A stretch of 64,000 bases of DNA from Octopus vulgaris (Eukaryota): positions 91,326,001-91,390,000 of the forward strand of contig OX597820.1 in assembly GCA_951406725.2 (NCBI GenBank), in the 5' to 3' direction. The first letter of the stretch is position 1, and each line of letters opens with the position of its first letter. The translations under genes were made by a program, and so were the position numbers. Under the pieces are notes generated by a model. It had not been told where the DNA came from, did no database searches, and was given only the letters and a program-made list of their open reading frames with translations. Shown here piece by piece: positions 39,215-52,299 of this stretch.

Positions 39215-40525
39215 GTGTGTGTATGTATAAATATATGAATGTAAGTGTGTGTGTATACACGGGTCACACGTTTTCAAATATTCTGTTTCTCATGCTAAGG
39301 TAGTCGTCATTTGGATTACCTATTATCTGTGCCGTAGAATCACACTCCAAACCGTACTGACCATCTAGGTTATGAGTAATTATAAAAATAAAATTAATAT
39401 CAGTTATAAGAAGTTAGTAACATGCAGATATATTAACAGCAGAATAGTGTGCAGGAATATATTCATGGAAGATATAGTCCCATAAATATCTACACACTCG
39501 ATTTTATACATACTAGCATATAGATGCATATATATGTGAAGAATTCGTATTGTAATAGTTGCGAAATTTATAGGAAGGTAAACGTTAGAAATGTTTATAA
39601 TGATATCTATATATCTACACTCCTAAGTACTCCCGTCGATCGACCCCGATTATTTGAACATCAAAATAGGACTTGTATTAGGTACGTGATATATTTGAGG
39701 ACAAATAATTCCCTCAGTCTGTTGTAACAATCAGAACTCTGATGAATTTATTGACTAGATTTTAAGAGAATGCAGCGATTTATGTGATATCAAAAATGTT
39801 TAATATATATAAAAATAATGTATCCGGCTTATATCGATTGAATCTACAGTAGTATGTTCTAATGTACAAGTCTTTAATATGATCTTCGTTCCTCCTATCA
39901 AATAGCGAAAATAACCTTTATTAGCCTTAGTGGTGGACTTCTGAGACTAATAGACTGACTCCAGTGTTTAATGTCTATAGCGTGCTGGAACTTCGTCACT
40001 GATTGATTTTCCATCCTGATTTACTCTATATGTTGGTCAGTGAACTTAATTTTGAAATGTCTGGGAAACGTTTTCTACAAGAGTATTACATGTGTTCATT
40101 AAACTAAAATGAAGTTTATCTATAAATTCAAATTAAATTATGTCTGGAACGCTTACACTTAATAATGCAAACTATCAGTTGTTGTGGTAATTAAGTTATT
40201 CCTGATAATTTGATCTTATGTATCCCAAATACAAAATCACACAAATATTACATAGATAATTTATTAAATGCATAACTAAATTGACTTTTCTTCTTAAACA
40301 AATTTCATGATGTAATAATGCATATACAGCTTGCTTCAGCATACACATATAATTATTAAAGGCATTCCCGCTATAAAAGGTTGTCTGGAGGAAATTTGCT
40401 CTAAAATAAAACAGAAATCTTCAGAGACAAAAGATGAGATATAAACACGTTGGTAGACTAATAGCCTCACTTACTTTTTGCTATAAGATAGCTAAATCTT
40501 TTAACCAGTCGAAATTTGTAATACA

Positions 40526-40601
40526 ATGTATTATTTTTGTGTCTTAATTAGTGGAAAAAGAATAGCTACCATATCATTTGTTACTCCTCTGACAATTGTA
40601 G
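40526..40601 (+). CDS. Candidate first coding exon of the CARP gene (MYYFCVLISGKRIATISFVTPLTIV + G)
   Basis: ATG at 40526, 25 codons plus 1 nt, then a consensus donor AG|GTAAGT at 40602. Phase 1 matches the 52252 exon (G+CT = Ala). The peptide is only moderately signal-peptide-like. Confidence 0.3.
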
Positions 40602-42682
40602 GTAAGTGTATTTGGCAGGAAATAAACCACACCACAATAACTACTGAGAGCAAACCACAAAGATATCGAGTTATCAATAGATTGAAAAATTCGGATAGAG
40701 ACAATCAAGAACCAGGTGTGTTAGCATAGGAGACGGATTATGTGTAATTCTCAGCAGTTATTATTAAACATGAATTAAGTATTAATTATACATCACATAA
40801 GGTAACAGCTACGATAATGTCAGTAGGTTTACAAATAGACGAACGTATTACTAAGAATGGTGTTTCGATGGATCGCTTTAGAAAATTAATAATCTCGTTA
40901 CATATCGCGGTTTCATTAAGATTTTACTTATCTATTAATTGAAACAAAAGGAAAATTACGGTATTTTAAACTATATAAGACTCACACAAGATTAAAGGGT
41001 AGTATATTGAGTAAGTTTATAATTTCATGAGAAATAATTTCTATTTCATCTAAATGAAAATAGATTTCTGATAATTACTTGCGTAAGTTTAAATTCTAAT
41101 AGATTTTTGAGCGATTATAAACTAATTAATTTTTTTCGTCATATTCTTTCAGTATTAAACTCCACTATATGTTGTATACTCTAATAGTTTCAACACTAAA
41201 TTTAATGTAATGGATATATATAGGTTCAGAAGATGTTATTTAAATTTGGGCTGAGATAAAGAAGCATAACCATCTAACAAATTATTTCTTGGTCCCTGAT
41301 TTCAGGAAAATAACTTCATAGGCTATGAATTAAGTATAACGAATTTATCGTAAAGTAAAATACTTCAGAAAATATGAGTAAAACTAATATGTTAATTTTA
41401 ATCAAAGTTGATTTCAAAATATCCTCTTTAATGCTGTTTCGCATTACAGATCTTTTTCATCGCCAGTATAGTAGTATAGTAGAAAGTGCCTTGAGATACA
41501 AGCTGGTGTATCATATGCTAAATATATGAAACAATATTTTGCGCATTATATTTGAACGTAATACTGTGATTCACTAGACATTTTTGTTTCATTACGAACT
41601 ATTTTTCTCTCTAATATGTTGTGTATCATATTTCGTGGCTAAATTAATTTTGGTTCTTAATTCTCATCGCTGATCCTCTGAGTAATATTGTATTGAATTA
41701 AAGTTGAATAAATTAGATATATGATATGGCATTCAAAATCATTTTGGAGTGATTCACCATTCTATGAAAAGTTTGGCACGACAAACGTAAAACAACAATT
41801 ATCATTTCCAATGTATTGATTCATATTACTATCGCATACATAATATTTGAAAATCCAATTTAAAATATAGTTCGCTCAGTATTATAATATATGGTTAAAT
41901 GAATCACTATGCTTAGTTTACTGCAATTAAAATTTCGCTCCTCTGGCGATAGACAAAATATACCAGGAAATATATGGAAAACAAGAATTATTAATTACTA
42001 ATTAAGATGAGACACGCACGCGCGCATACGCATACACGAAAACACATACTCCCACAAAAGCTGACCACATTGATGCTGTCGCACACTCTAAAGATGATCT
42101 TAGAAGCCTCAAAATTTCACTGCTTGTAAGGAGATGGACCTCCCAGCAAATATCGATAATTCTTATATTTTTATCAACCTTGCCATCGTATGCATTATAC
42201 AATATGGATGTATGGTAATATGATCATATATTTGTTCATCATAAAGTCATATATACATTCTGCATAGGAAACAGCAATTTATATGAAAGGCAGATGCATC
42301 CCTTGATGACGAAATTGCTAATGTAATTCAAAATACACGAATATGGTTTGGAAAACTATGTTATTAATCTGGTCTGAGGTTTATCTATAAAATCTGACAC
42401 TGAAATATCCATTTCAAGCAGGCAATGTGTCCTCTTGTATTGGAGCGAGATACGTACACTACTTTTAAAATATTTTAAACGTTCGGAGAATTTTGAATGA
42501 AAATGCCTTGATAAATTTTGCATTTATTTTAGAGAGGCCATGCCTCCGATTCTGAGAAACTAAGGGTTATATCTATCTATCTATCACCCGTTTGTCAGTC
42601 TTTTTTTTTTTGCTCCACGTTTAGCTCCTTGTGGGCAATAACGAAATAAATATATCTATCTTTCTATCTATCTATCTATATA

Positions 42683-42738
<56 letters not shown>

Positions 42739-42741
<3 letters not shown>

Positions 42742-42933
42742 TAATTCCAAACAAGAAAACACAAAAAAACACAACAACGCGAGGACTTGGAACAAATATA
42801 GTATTATTGGACGCTCAGGAAAGAAGGGAAGAAAGAGGGTTTAGCTCTTCGTCGGAAACATAGGAGAAGGAAAGATCCAGAGAAGGGAAGACAGAGGAAA
42901 AAAAAAATCGCCAACGGCACACACGAGGTCACA
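42739..42933 (-). mobile_element. ~195-bp (TA)n-embedded hammerhead-like element (copy 3, with the GAAA half deleted)
   Basis: Homologous to copies 1 and 2; a 14-nt deletion at ~42843 removes acgtttcgagcgga. Confidence 0.8.
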
Positions 42934-42935
42934 TT

Positions 42936-42984
<49 letters not shown>

Positions 42985-42994
42985 CATATGTATA

Positions 42995-43362
42995 TCTTTA
43001 TATATAAAAGTAAGGTTGTGTGTCTGTCTACTCCGATTTAGATTCCTAACTACTCCCACATTTTGCGGTGCAGTTTAACCAAAATCGGGTATCTTATAGT
43101 CGTGATTCATATCGAGACCTTCTGAGTCTACGATTTTTAAAATAATTTACCATCATTTTTTCCATTTTAATGCATATTTTTTAAATATAAGGGAAGTAAC
43201 TCTCTAAAAATGTCTACGATGAGTCAACGATTTAAAAAAAATTTACCATAATTTTTTTTCCATTTTTAATGCATTTTTTGCTATTTTATGGCTATAACTC
43301 TCTAAAAATGCTTTATAGCTATTTCCCTTACAAACCCGAGCAACGCCGGGCGATACTGCTAG
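42995..43362 (+). mobile_element. Non-autonomous Helitron
   Basis: A|TC 5' end; 3' hairpin cccgagcaacgccggg followed by CTAG|T; second copy at 56361-56758. Confidence 0.8.
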
Positions 43363-43399
43363 TTTACATATATAGTGAGAGAGAGAGACGGACATGAAT

Positions 43400-43625
43400 G
43401 ACTATGTATGACCATGAGTTTGTACCTACAAAGTTATCCTCCCAGGCACAAGTCTGGGAAAGTTTGTTTATGGAAGAACATCAGTAACCCATACACACCA
43501 GCCTCCCCTCTCCACACCACCGATGCTATCCAAGGGAAAGGCAAAGGCTGATGCAGCAACCTGGTCCGGGAATCTAACTCACTACCTTATGATTGTGAAC
43601 CAGACGATTTAACCACTGAGTCATG
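43400..43625 (-). mobile_element. Degraded tRNA-headed SINE
   Basis: Minus strand catgactcagtggttaaa...gagttagattcccggaccagg (A and B boxes). Confidence 0.5.
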
Positions 43626-45727
43626 TATATATAAATATATATAATATTAATTAACAGGAGATAGATTCAGTATTAATCCTGTATTGGGTCCAACATATGT
43701 TTCGACCTATCAGTCTGGGTCTCATTAGGTATATCGATAACGATAAATTTTACTGCATATTTTTTAGTGTCGCCTGGCTTGTTAAATGCCTATCAAGTTA
43801 CGGAGTGAATAAAACTAAATAATATTACAGAAATTAAAAAAAATTCAAATATTAAAGTGGAAATCTTGCGTTCTAGTTTAGATAATATGACCTAATCAGC
43901 TTTCGCTGTCATAACTACTTAGAGGAAAAAGAAAATAGAAGGATGATGTGCGTTTTTAACTAAATAGAATGGATCAGCTTGAAATACAGTTCCAAATTCT
44001 ATGAAACAACGTACAACATACACTACGAATCATATGGTCGTGAACCCCAAAGCCTAACCGCTAGGCCATGCTATATTTTGTAACTTATATATTAATATTT
44101 TCATGTGTATGCTTAACTACACGCATGCACACGGGGGCGGGGTATTTAAGTGTATATAATTTTTAATACACACATTTTATATAGAAGCCTATATAATACA
44201 TACATACTTCGTACCACCCACTGAAACCGTTAAAGCTAGTATTTGAACAACTGGTAACCTTGAAATCATGCACGCTTGCTGAAAACAGCTTACCAGTGCG
44301 AGCTTTTACAAAGCATAACATATGTGACTGTTTCTAACCTCTCTAACGACACTCTACAAAGAGCTAATGTATTAGTAAATGGTAAAAGGAATTACTGTTT
44401 TTTTTCTGAAAACAAGTGAAACCTTCAATCACAAAAACAATTTTTTTATCGGTTGACTGATATAAGGACTGATCAGCAAAATATTTGTTCGGTGAAGTAA
44501 TAAGAAAGAGGGCGACTTAGTTTTGGCTCAGAGATCCAGGTGCTTCTGGCTAATCAGACACATTTCCAAACAAATGTGTCCCAGAATCCAATGCATCAAT
44601 GAGCCGCGTGTGTTGAACACACTGACATCAAAAGAGGGATAAGTTATTACCCTATGACGTACACTAAAACGATCAGCATATTTTGCATCCGAAACTGCTT
44701 GGACGCATTATGAATAAATATGAAAATGACACTTCATTTTATATTACTATATAAAAAGTAAATTATTTTCATCGGTTGTCATTTAGAAATACTTCTATAA
44801 GTATCGTTGGAATGCTCTACTAAAAACGAATAAAATCTTGGTTACCTTTTTTCAAATTTGCATAGAACACTTCTGTATATTTCTCCAAAATCTTTTGGAA
44901 GTTAATTGAAAAGCTTCCGTAAATTGAATCTAGCTTAATATTTATTGAGGAATCCTCATGAACAGGAAAATCCTTTCTACAACCGACCTATATTTCTGTT
45001 ATTGTGTGAAAGCATTTTCTAATCGGTTTTGAGGAACCACAGAGATATCAGTCCACTTCATCGCGCAAACCCTCAAAGATTATGACATTCAATAGCTAAC
45101 AGATTTGTTGTTTGGTGCCCTCAAATGTCATTTCATCTAGTGAAAGTCCTATGGTGATGGTAGAGTGGCAACATGTGCAGACTTAACCGCCAGTTGGAAG
45201 AGCACAGTAAGTTAGCAACCTTCGTTTGTCACTAACACTTCTGCAACGGTGTTGAATAGAGATCTGAAAAGTTATGAATGGAAAGTTAGCAATACCATTG
45301 ACAACGAGAAATCACAATTATCTGTGACGATGTAGCAATATACAGAAATGGAAGAAATAAGAAATGATAAGAATTGGTTTAACGCATTAAGGAATGAATT
45401 GAGAAAAGAAAACATAGAGTGACTGTAACACAAAAAAAAAAAATGAGAAATATAACAAGGTTTTAGTAGCAAAATAAAAATTCACTTTGCTATAGGCTCA
45501 AGACATTAAGTTTTGGAGGAGGAATCTGGTCGATGACCTCGACTCCAGTTCACTAATCGCAATTTTTTTATCGATCCTGAGAGAATTACCGGCAAAGTCG
45601 ATCTTAGCGGATTTTGAATTGAGAGTGTAGATTCATGCATACAGAACCATACACACACATTCTCACGTACGTCTATGCATATAGACACAAACATATGTAT
45701 TTGCATATATAGATACACATGTACACA

Positions 45728-45779
<52 letters not shown>

Positions 45780-46446
45780 AGCATTAGCACTCGTTAAAAA
45801 GCAGTACTTTACTGGAAAGCTTGGAATACTTCATCCTGCTAGAACGAAATAAAATTTTCTATTCATGGTGTTCATGTTGGAAAGACGGTAAGCAAGCAAG
45901 ACTGTTAACACGTCGGATAAAATGTTTTTTCGGCATTTCGTCCGTTTTTACGTTCTGATTTCAAATTTCGTCGGGGCCGACTTTGGTTTGCATTCATTTG
46001 TAATCGATGAAACAAACTCTAGCAAAGTACTATAAGGACCGAAATTCCAGGCCTCGTGTCGGTTGTAGAAAGGATTTTCCTGTTGTAAAGTGACAATGCT
46101 TTCTGAGAGAGTTCTCTGAAAGAAGAAAATAGAAAGAATCCGAGAAACAAAGCGATCATATAATAATCTTTAAGCCTACACTTTACAATATGCATACATT
46201 AAAATATTTGAAGAGAAATGCGTCTGGGAATAATTAAGAATCGTAATAGAGTACGTACTTATCACAGAATATGTTAGTTATTGTATGAGGGGTGGTGGTG
46301 AAATGAGAGTTACTGGGAGATGATGGACACCATCATCGATCTTACCGTTTTTCGGAATCAAAATGTAATTGAGAGCCAAAGAACGTATCACAAATAGTTT
46401 GTTATTGACGATCCGTTATAAACATAGTAACTTTTGTTTTAATTAC

Positions 46447-46863
46447 CTATTTCTTTACTACCCACAAGGGACTAAACACAGAGAGGACAAACAAGGACAG
46501 ACATAGGTATTAAGTCGATTACATCAACCCCAGTGCGTAACTGGTACTTAATTTATCGACCCCGAAAAGATGAAAGGCAAAGTCGACCTCGGCGGAATTT
46601 GAACTCACAATGTAACGGCAGACGAAATACCGATTACTTTATTACCCACAAGGGGCTAAACATAGAAGGAACAAACAAGGACAGACATAGGTATTAAGTC
46701 GATTAAATCGACCCCAGTGCGTAACTGGTACTTAATTTATCGACCCCGAAAGGATGAAAGGTAAAGTCGACCTCGGCGGAATTTGAACTCACAACGTAAC
46801 GGCAGACGAAATACCGCTAAGCATTTCGCCCGGCGTGCTAACGTTTCTGCCAGCTCGCCGCCT
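46447..46863 (-). mobile_element. Young tRNA-derived SINE (abundant family) with a tandemly duplicated 3' portion
   Basis: Full unit at 46635-46863 plus a 5'-truncated repeat at 46447-46634; flanking duplication ttttaattacc; central cctttcatcctttcggggtcgataaattaagtacc resembles the Nin/Deu SINE domain. Confidence 0.88.
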
Positions 46864-47173
46864 TTTTAATTACCGGTGTGCTTTTCAGCAAATTATGTCG
46901 ATTCTCGAGCCACACACACACAAGCGTCAACACAGTTTCAGTATCACATAATGTCGATGAAAATATAGCAACTACAGTTAACGTCAATTCTTGTCTACCT
47001 GAATTAATTTTCTCTCTATTGTGAATTATTGTTTTCCATTCAAACGTTGCAAGCTTTCAAGAGTTGGCAATGCTAGAAATTTTTATTTGTATATTTATAC
47101 TTATTTTCCATTTGAATATATATAGTTATTTTTCATTTGTATATTTATGCTTATTTTCCATATATCATATATC

Positions 47174-47425
47174 TATTTCTTTACTACCCACAAGGGGCTA
47201 AACACAGAGGGGACAAACAAGGACAGACAAAGGATTAAGTCGATTATATCGACCCCAGTGCGTAACTGGTACTTAATTTATCGACCCCGAAAGGATGAAA
47301 GGCAAAGTCGACCTCAGCGGAATTTGATCTCAGAACGTAGCGGCAGACGAAATACGACTGCGCATTTCGCCCGGTGTGCTAACGATTCTGCCAGCCCACC
47401 TCCTTTTCCAGCCCACCGCCTTAAA
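47174..47425 (-). mobile_element. tRNA-derived SINE with a 20-bp target-site duplication
   Basis: Same family as 46447-46863; TSD ttttccatatatcatatatc at 47154-47173 and 47426-47445. Confidence 0.88.
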
Positions 47426-47439
47426 TTTTCCATATATCA

Positions 47440-47884
47440 TATATCGTCAATTGTTCGGCGACGGTCCTTCAAGATCAGTTCACGAATCTTCGTGAAGTTT
47501 TCCTTCGTTCGGGTGGTTGCCGGTCGTCGCCCTGAGCGAGGGTGGTATTCAAGCAACAAGTGACCATTCCTAAAGCGGGAAAACCACTCGTGAGCTCGTG
47601 TTTTGCACATGGCAGCATCCTTGTAAGCTATCTGAAGCATGACAACTGTTTCGGCCACCGTTTTCCCATGCTGTTCCTTGGTTTCAGCCATTGCAAAATT
47701 CAACGAACAGGGGAGAAGCACTACAAAACAAAGACGCATCGAGCGGACGACGCCAGTCGGCAGACTGATGCGTAAAGGTCACCTCAAGGGATATCAGGTG
47801 ATCACATCCGTCTTCTGACAGAAGCCTTAACTACAACGGGCTAGTCTTACAAAGAACTTTTCTGGTTACTTTTGGGTACCTCCT

Positions 47885-47886
<2 letters not shown>
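47440..47886 (-). mobile_element. Mariner transposon 5' remnant (TIR plus N-terminal HTH)
   Basis: GKTVAETVVMLQIAYKDAAM.KTRAHEWFSRFRNG..LLE..PRSGR..T....EN...I.ELI.KDRR.TI; TIR-like gaggaggtacccaaaagtaacc next to (TA)n. Confidence 0.85.
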
Positions 47887-47933
<47 letters not shown>

Positions 47934-47935
<2 letters not shown>

Positions 47936-48085
47936 TAGAAATGCACCCTGGCGCTGCCTGGTTGTTATGATCTACAATCACATTTTATTATATATATATA
48001 TATATATATACACACTCAGTTTTCGAGTTCAAGCGGAACGTACCCAACACACACAGTGCACTCCGGCGTTGTCCGGATAGTTGAC
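47934..48085 (-). mobile_element. Helitron 3' end remnant
   Basis: Minus strand ccaggcagcgccagggtgcatttCTAG|T; a similar hairpin lies at ~48060-48080; 5' end not located. Confidence 0.45.
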
Positions 48086-49229
48086 AACAATAGCACTACG
48101 ATCAACTGATATTGCAATATATGTCTCTGCTAAGAAAAAATTGATTTGAAATTGTACCAATCAGTGAACACAGTGTGCATCCCGATCAATGAAGGGACAT
48201 AACCGTGGGTGGACTCATGTGTGCATGTGTCCTTATTTTGCCCTCGCATAGTTACGCTGTGTTGGTGTCTTCATTGAGGTTGTCCATCGCACCACTCGCA
48301 CTATAGTACAGGCTCAGCAAAATCCATACGTCAATAATTTCTTATAGGATAGTGAGGAGGGTGGTATATCAGACAAAGCTTGATTTTACATGCAGCAAAA
48401 TACTGTATATTCCTCTTTTCACGATTCAGCTGATGTTCTTTGAAATCATACATTACCAATGGCTTAATATTCCAAGAAATAATCAAATATACGAGATATA
48501 GCTGTTTGGCACCAAAAATTCTAACATGGGAAAGTAAAGACGAAATGAAAATATAAGTCTGTTTCCTATTAAAATAAGGACCGAAATATATCAAAATATT
48601 GCATATAAACATACTAAAATAAAATTTCATTAGACAGAATATTTTGAATTTACTTCGTTTTATGTACAGAACACTTAATTTTAATTCCTGATACAGAGTA
48701 ATTCTGAATTTTCTAATGTTTTATGTTGTCATATGTAATGGAAGTTGTAGTCATATTCTAAATTTGACTTCATACACGTCACCTCGTCAAGCTGATTACC
48801 TTAGAAATATTTACAACCTTTGTGAATTAGCTAAGTACTTTGTAGATTACGGCAAATATTCCAATGAAAAACTTAAGTCCTATTGACTGATTCGTTATTT
48901 TATTATTACGTATGGATTTAATATGTATAAACACATCTACACTCATATTACTCTCTGTCATCGAATGGAGAAAATAATACTCAGTACATAGGTTAGAGTA
49001 TATGACTTACTTCAATTGAATTCCTTTCTCACTAGTCAAGTTTCACAATACAGCAAACGTCATGTGAGTACTGCTATTTACTTGGTTATTCTGTGCATGT
49101 ATATCCCTAAGACTTGAGCAGAATGTGCGTTTTTTCTGGCATACAGAAACATCTTTCTTGTGATCTATATGCACCAAAATTGGATTCGTTAGCCGATAAA
49201 GCTGTCCCTTAGTTTCTAGATGCGTTTTG

Positions 49230-50500
49230 ATAAAGTCGTGGTGTTCCTGTTGACAGGGAATCTGTGTGATGACCCATAAGTATAATATCTTTCTTGAAAT
49301 CATCATCATCTGTACCAATGTATTTTTTCTTATCGACCACTCTATTTTTCTGCGATTGATGTGATTTCGACTTTTTATAGTCCTTACTTAGGTCATGCTT
49401 ACTGAACATTTCTATATTTTGGCAAACCTACAAAATATCTACAAATAAGGCATACAAAAAAAAAAGCTACAAATACAGATACAATTAAGCATTTGTACAT
49501 TTGTTTACAAACTTTTTCTATTGATTCTTCTCTGATGTTAAACTCTAGAAGAGAATTATCTCAATGACCAGCCAATAAAAAACTGAGGAAAAAACATGTG
49601 GAAGAACAGACACCCCAATTCACTGGTCGAATTGCGGTAGCATGATATAAGAATTACGACAAAGTATTTCGAATTACATTATTTACAGTTGACGGATATT
49701 TGTCCTCACCTTGTGAGAGAGTATAGGCAGGAAGTCGTAAGATACCATTTTGGTATTTTGTCGGAATATCGTTTGTTGATTCGTGTATAGTTCGTGGAGA
49801 GTTTGTTGGATTGTTAGGTTGCTGTTACTCTGCTTCGTTATATATAATATTGTCCCTACACAGTTATAGCGTAAACATGTATCGTTATAAATAGTCGCTA
49901 TACTACAACAATTGGCGACGCGTAACTACGTTACAATATTATGTTAGCAGCAATAAACCTTACGTATCATAGGTCAAGCTGCTGCCTCTATTCTCTAGCA
50001 TTCCTCAGGTCTGTTATCAAATATGGTTACCGGCAGTACGAAACTTTGTGAGAAAATAAACCTGCTTGAGTTGTGTTTGAAAATACAGTATCTCAGTTCA
50101 ATTCAAAACCTTAATTCTTCTTTGCTGGAACATTTTCAGAAAACCTAATGAGAGGAAAAAATCTTAATTAGAGGACAAAGTTTATTATTTTGTAAAAAAA
50201 CTCACTTAAGTGTTGTTTCTTGTGTTTTTGGGCAAGTTTGTAGCTTTAAGCTTATTGTATCTCTGCTTGTTTTTTGTGCCTAATTTGTAGTTACTTTGTA
50301 GCTTTGCCAAAGTATAGAAAGTTTCAATGAGCATGACCTAAAGTCAGTACTATAAACAGCCGAAGACACATCAATAGCAGAAAAATATATAATGGTTAAA
50401 AAGAAAATTTACTTTGGTGACGGGGATTTCAAGAAAGATATTATAAGTATGAGTCATTACTCAGATTCTCTGTGAAAAGAAACACCACGACATTCAAGCA
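49230..50500. repeat. Diverged inverted duplication (arms ~49230-49490 and ~50245-50500) plus an ~85-bp direct repeat (49597-49680 / 50573-50665)
   Basis: For example, the minus strand of the left arm tgtaggtttgccaaaatatagaaatgttcagtaagcatgaccta...gatttcaagaaagatattata...aacaccacgac versus the right arm tgtagctttgccaaagtatagaaagtttcaatgagcatgaccta...gatttcaagaaagatattata...aacaccacgac. Confidence 0.75.
49712..49922 (+). mobile_element. Possible LTR plus primer-binding-site remnant (Gypsy-like)
   Basis: TG...CA ~200-bp block followed by AT-TGGCGACG, complementary to the 3' end of tRNA-Ser(GCU); interrupts a fragment of the hammerhead unit. Confidence 0.4.
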
Positions 50501-51910
50501 TATTTTGTCTATGAAATCTTTGGTCATTTATGAAGTGTGAGGGCTAGCGTTGTCGTGATGGAAGGAAAAGAACGTGGAAGAATATAACAGAACAGAAATC
50601 CCTAGGAATTGGCTGAATTGTGGTAGCATGGTATATGACTTATGATAAAGTATTTCAAATTACATGTATATGTGTGTGCGAGTGTGTGTATATATATATG
50701 TGTGTCTTTATGCGCCTGCGTGTATTTGTGTCCGTGTCATAACATGGGTCTGTTTGTTAAGCTGCTTTGAAATATATACTGTTGTCAGTATGCATCGGCC
50801 CTTTATGTTTGATTATCATCTAGTAGCTCGTGATGAATCATTCCACGCATATGCTACCATACACTCCGAAAAATCTTCCTTGGATGTAGGCCAATTCTGT
50901 GTTGCTGAGTTGAATTTTCCCCACATCTGAGTCACTGATATTTTCTTTTAACATTATGGTAAAGTATCCATGTTTCATGTCTTTAATTATCCTGTCGAAA
51001 AAAGGGCATTTGCAGCTCACGATATTGCTATAAGGCGCAGTAGTCAACACGTTGATTAATTGTTCAGAAATCGTTGACTCATATGAAATTATCTAGGGAA
51101 AAAGACGTATTCTTAGTAATAAAACATATGACAAAATTATTCGATGGAGATGATTGCGCCTTTCACACAATCCTTCCAACTGGAGATAGTTTACTTAAAA
51201 CGAGCCTGTTTTTTTTCCAGTATATTGTGCCAAGACCATGTCTTTCTAGCGACTATTTTCTAAAGTAAGAGAACCTGTCTCCTAATATCTTATAATTCAA
51301 CGTCTAGATTCACAATCAAGCTGGCTTCTTTCACTCCTATATTTTTTCCCTCTTTTCTTATTTCTCCCTCACTCTCAATCTAATCTCTCTTCGTTACTGT
51401 TTCTATTATACTTCCTTAAACTGTAACTACATTACACATACAATATTTTACTAATATTTACTGATTACAATCATGTCAAATTTCGCTTCAACTGCATCAG
51501 TGTTCTATATTACACTACTACAAGCATAGAGTTATTTCTATTTGTGGTTACTTGTACTTTAGTACAATAGCTTTACTATACATATATCCATACATACATA
51601 CATACATACATACATAAATACATACATATATACATACATATATACATACATAATCTCATCCTTACATTCATGCATGCATTCATATACACACAAATTTATA
51701 GCAAAATGGCAAATGAAAGACGGAAGATACAATATACGAGAATTCATTATAAAACACGACAATTGTTTCGATACATCTAGCATCGATTTCTCATGGGTGG
51801 GACACTCAACAACTGGTTCATTTGACATACCTAACGATCACTGCGAAAGTGACCGTGCTTTTCTAGTAAGCTACCAGGAGTGAACCACTGGTCCACTGGT
51901 TTTATTAGCC

Positions 51911-51964
<54 letters not shown>

Positions 51965-52251
51965 CACAGTATGAAATAAAGTGGACTCATCTTTTGCTAA
52001 CGAGATAAATATCAATTTATTTTCTAAAATGAATTTTGTGTGCATATTTGTCTGTTCTTCTTGTTTTGTTGAGGCATACGTGCAAATGTTTGTATGAGTG
52101 TATAAGGCCAAAATCATATAGCTATTCTATTCATCAGTACATCTTGTAAACTAGATGCCAGGATTCTGGCAATATTGTAAAATGTTGTTAATATTCAGAT
52201 TTATTTCGGCAAAATATATCTTATATTTCCTTTTCTTCTTTATTCAAATAG

Positions 52252-52299
52252 CTGAAGGCTCCATGTGGACGGGATGGTGGACATATGAAGGCATTTCAG
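52252..52299 (+). CDS. CA10-like: Internal coding micro-exon of a carbonic anhydrase-related protein (CARP, CA10/CA11-like)
   Basis: Polypyrimidine tract plus AG acceptor (ttccttttcttctttattcaaatag, AG at 52250-52251), then a 48-nt exon read as [x]CT-EGSMWTGWWTYEGIS-G, then donor AG|GTAAAG. WWTY[D/E]GISG is the conserved start of invertebrate CARPs, normally followed by PxFWG. The following exon was not found in the window. Confidence 0.75.
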
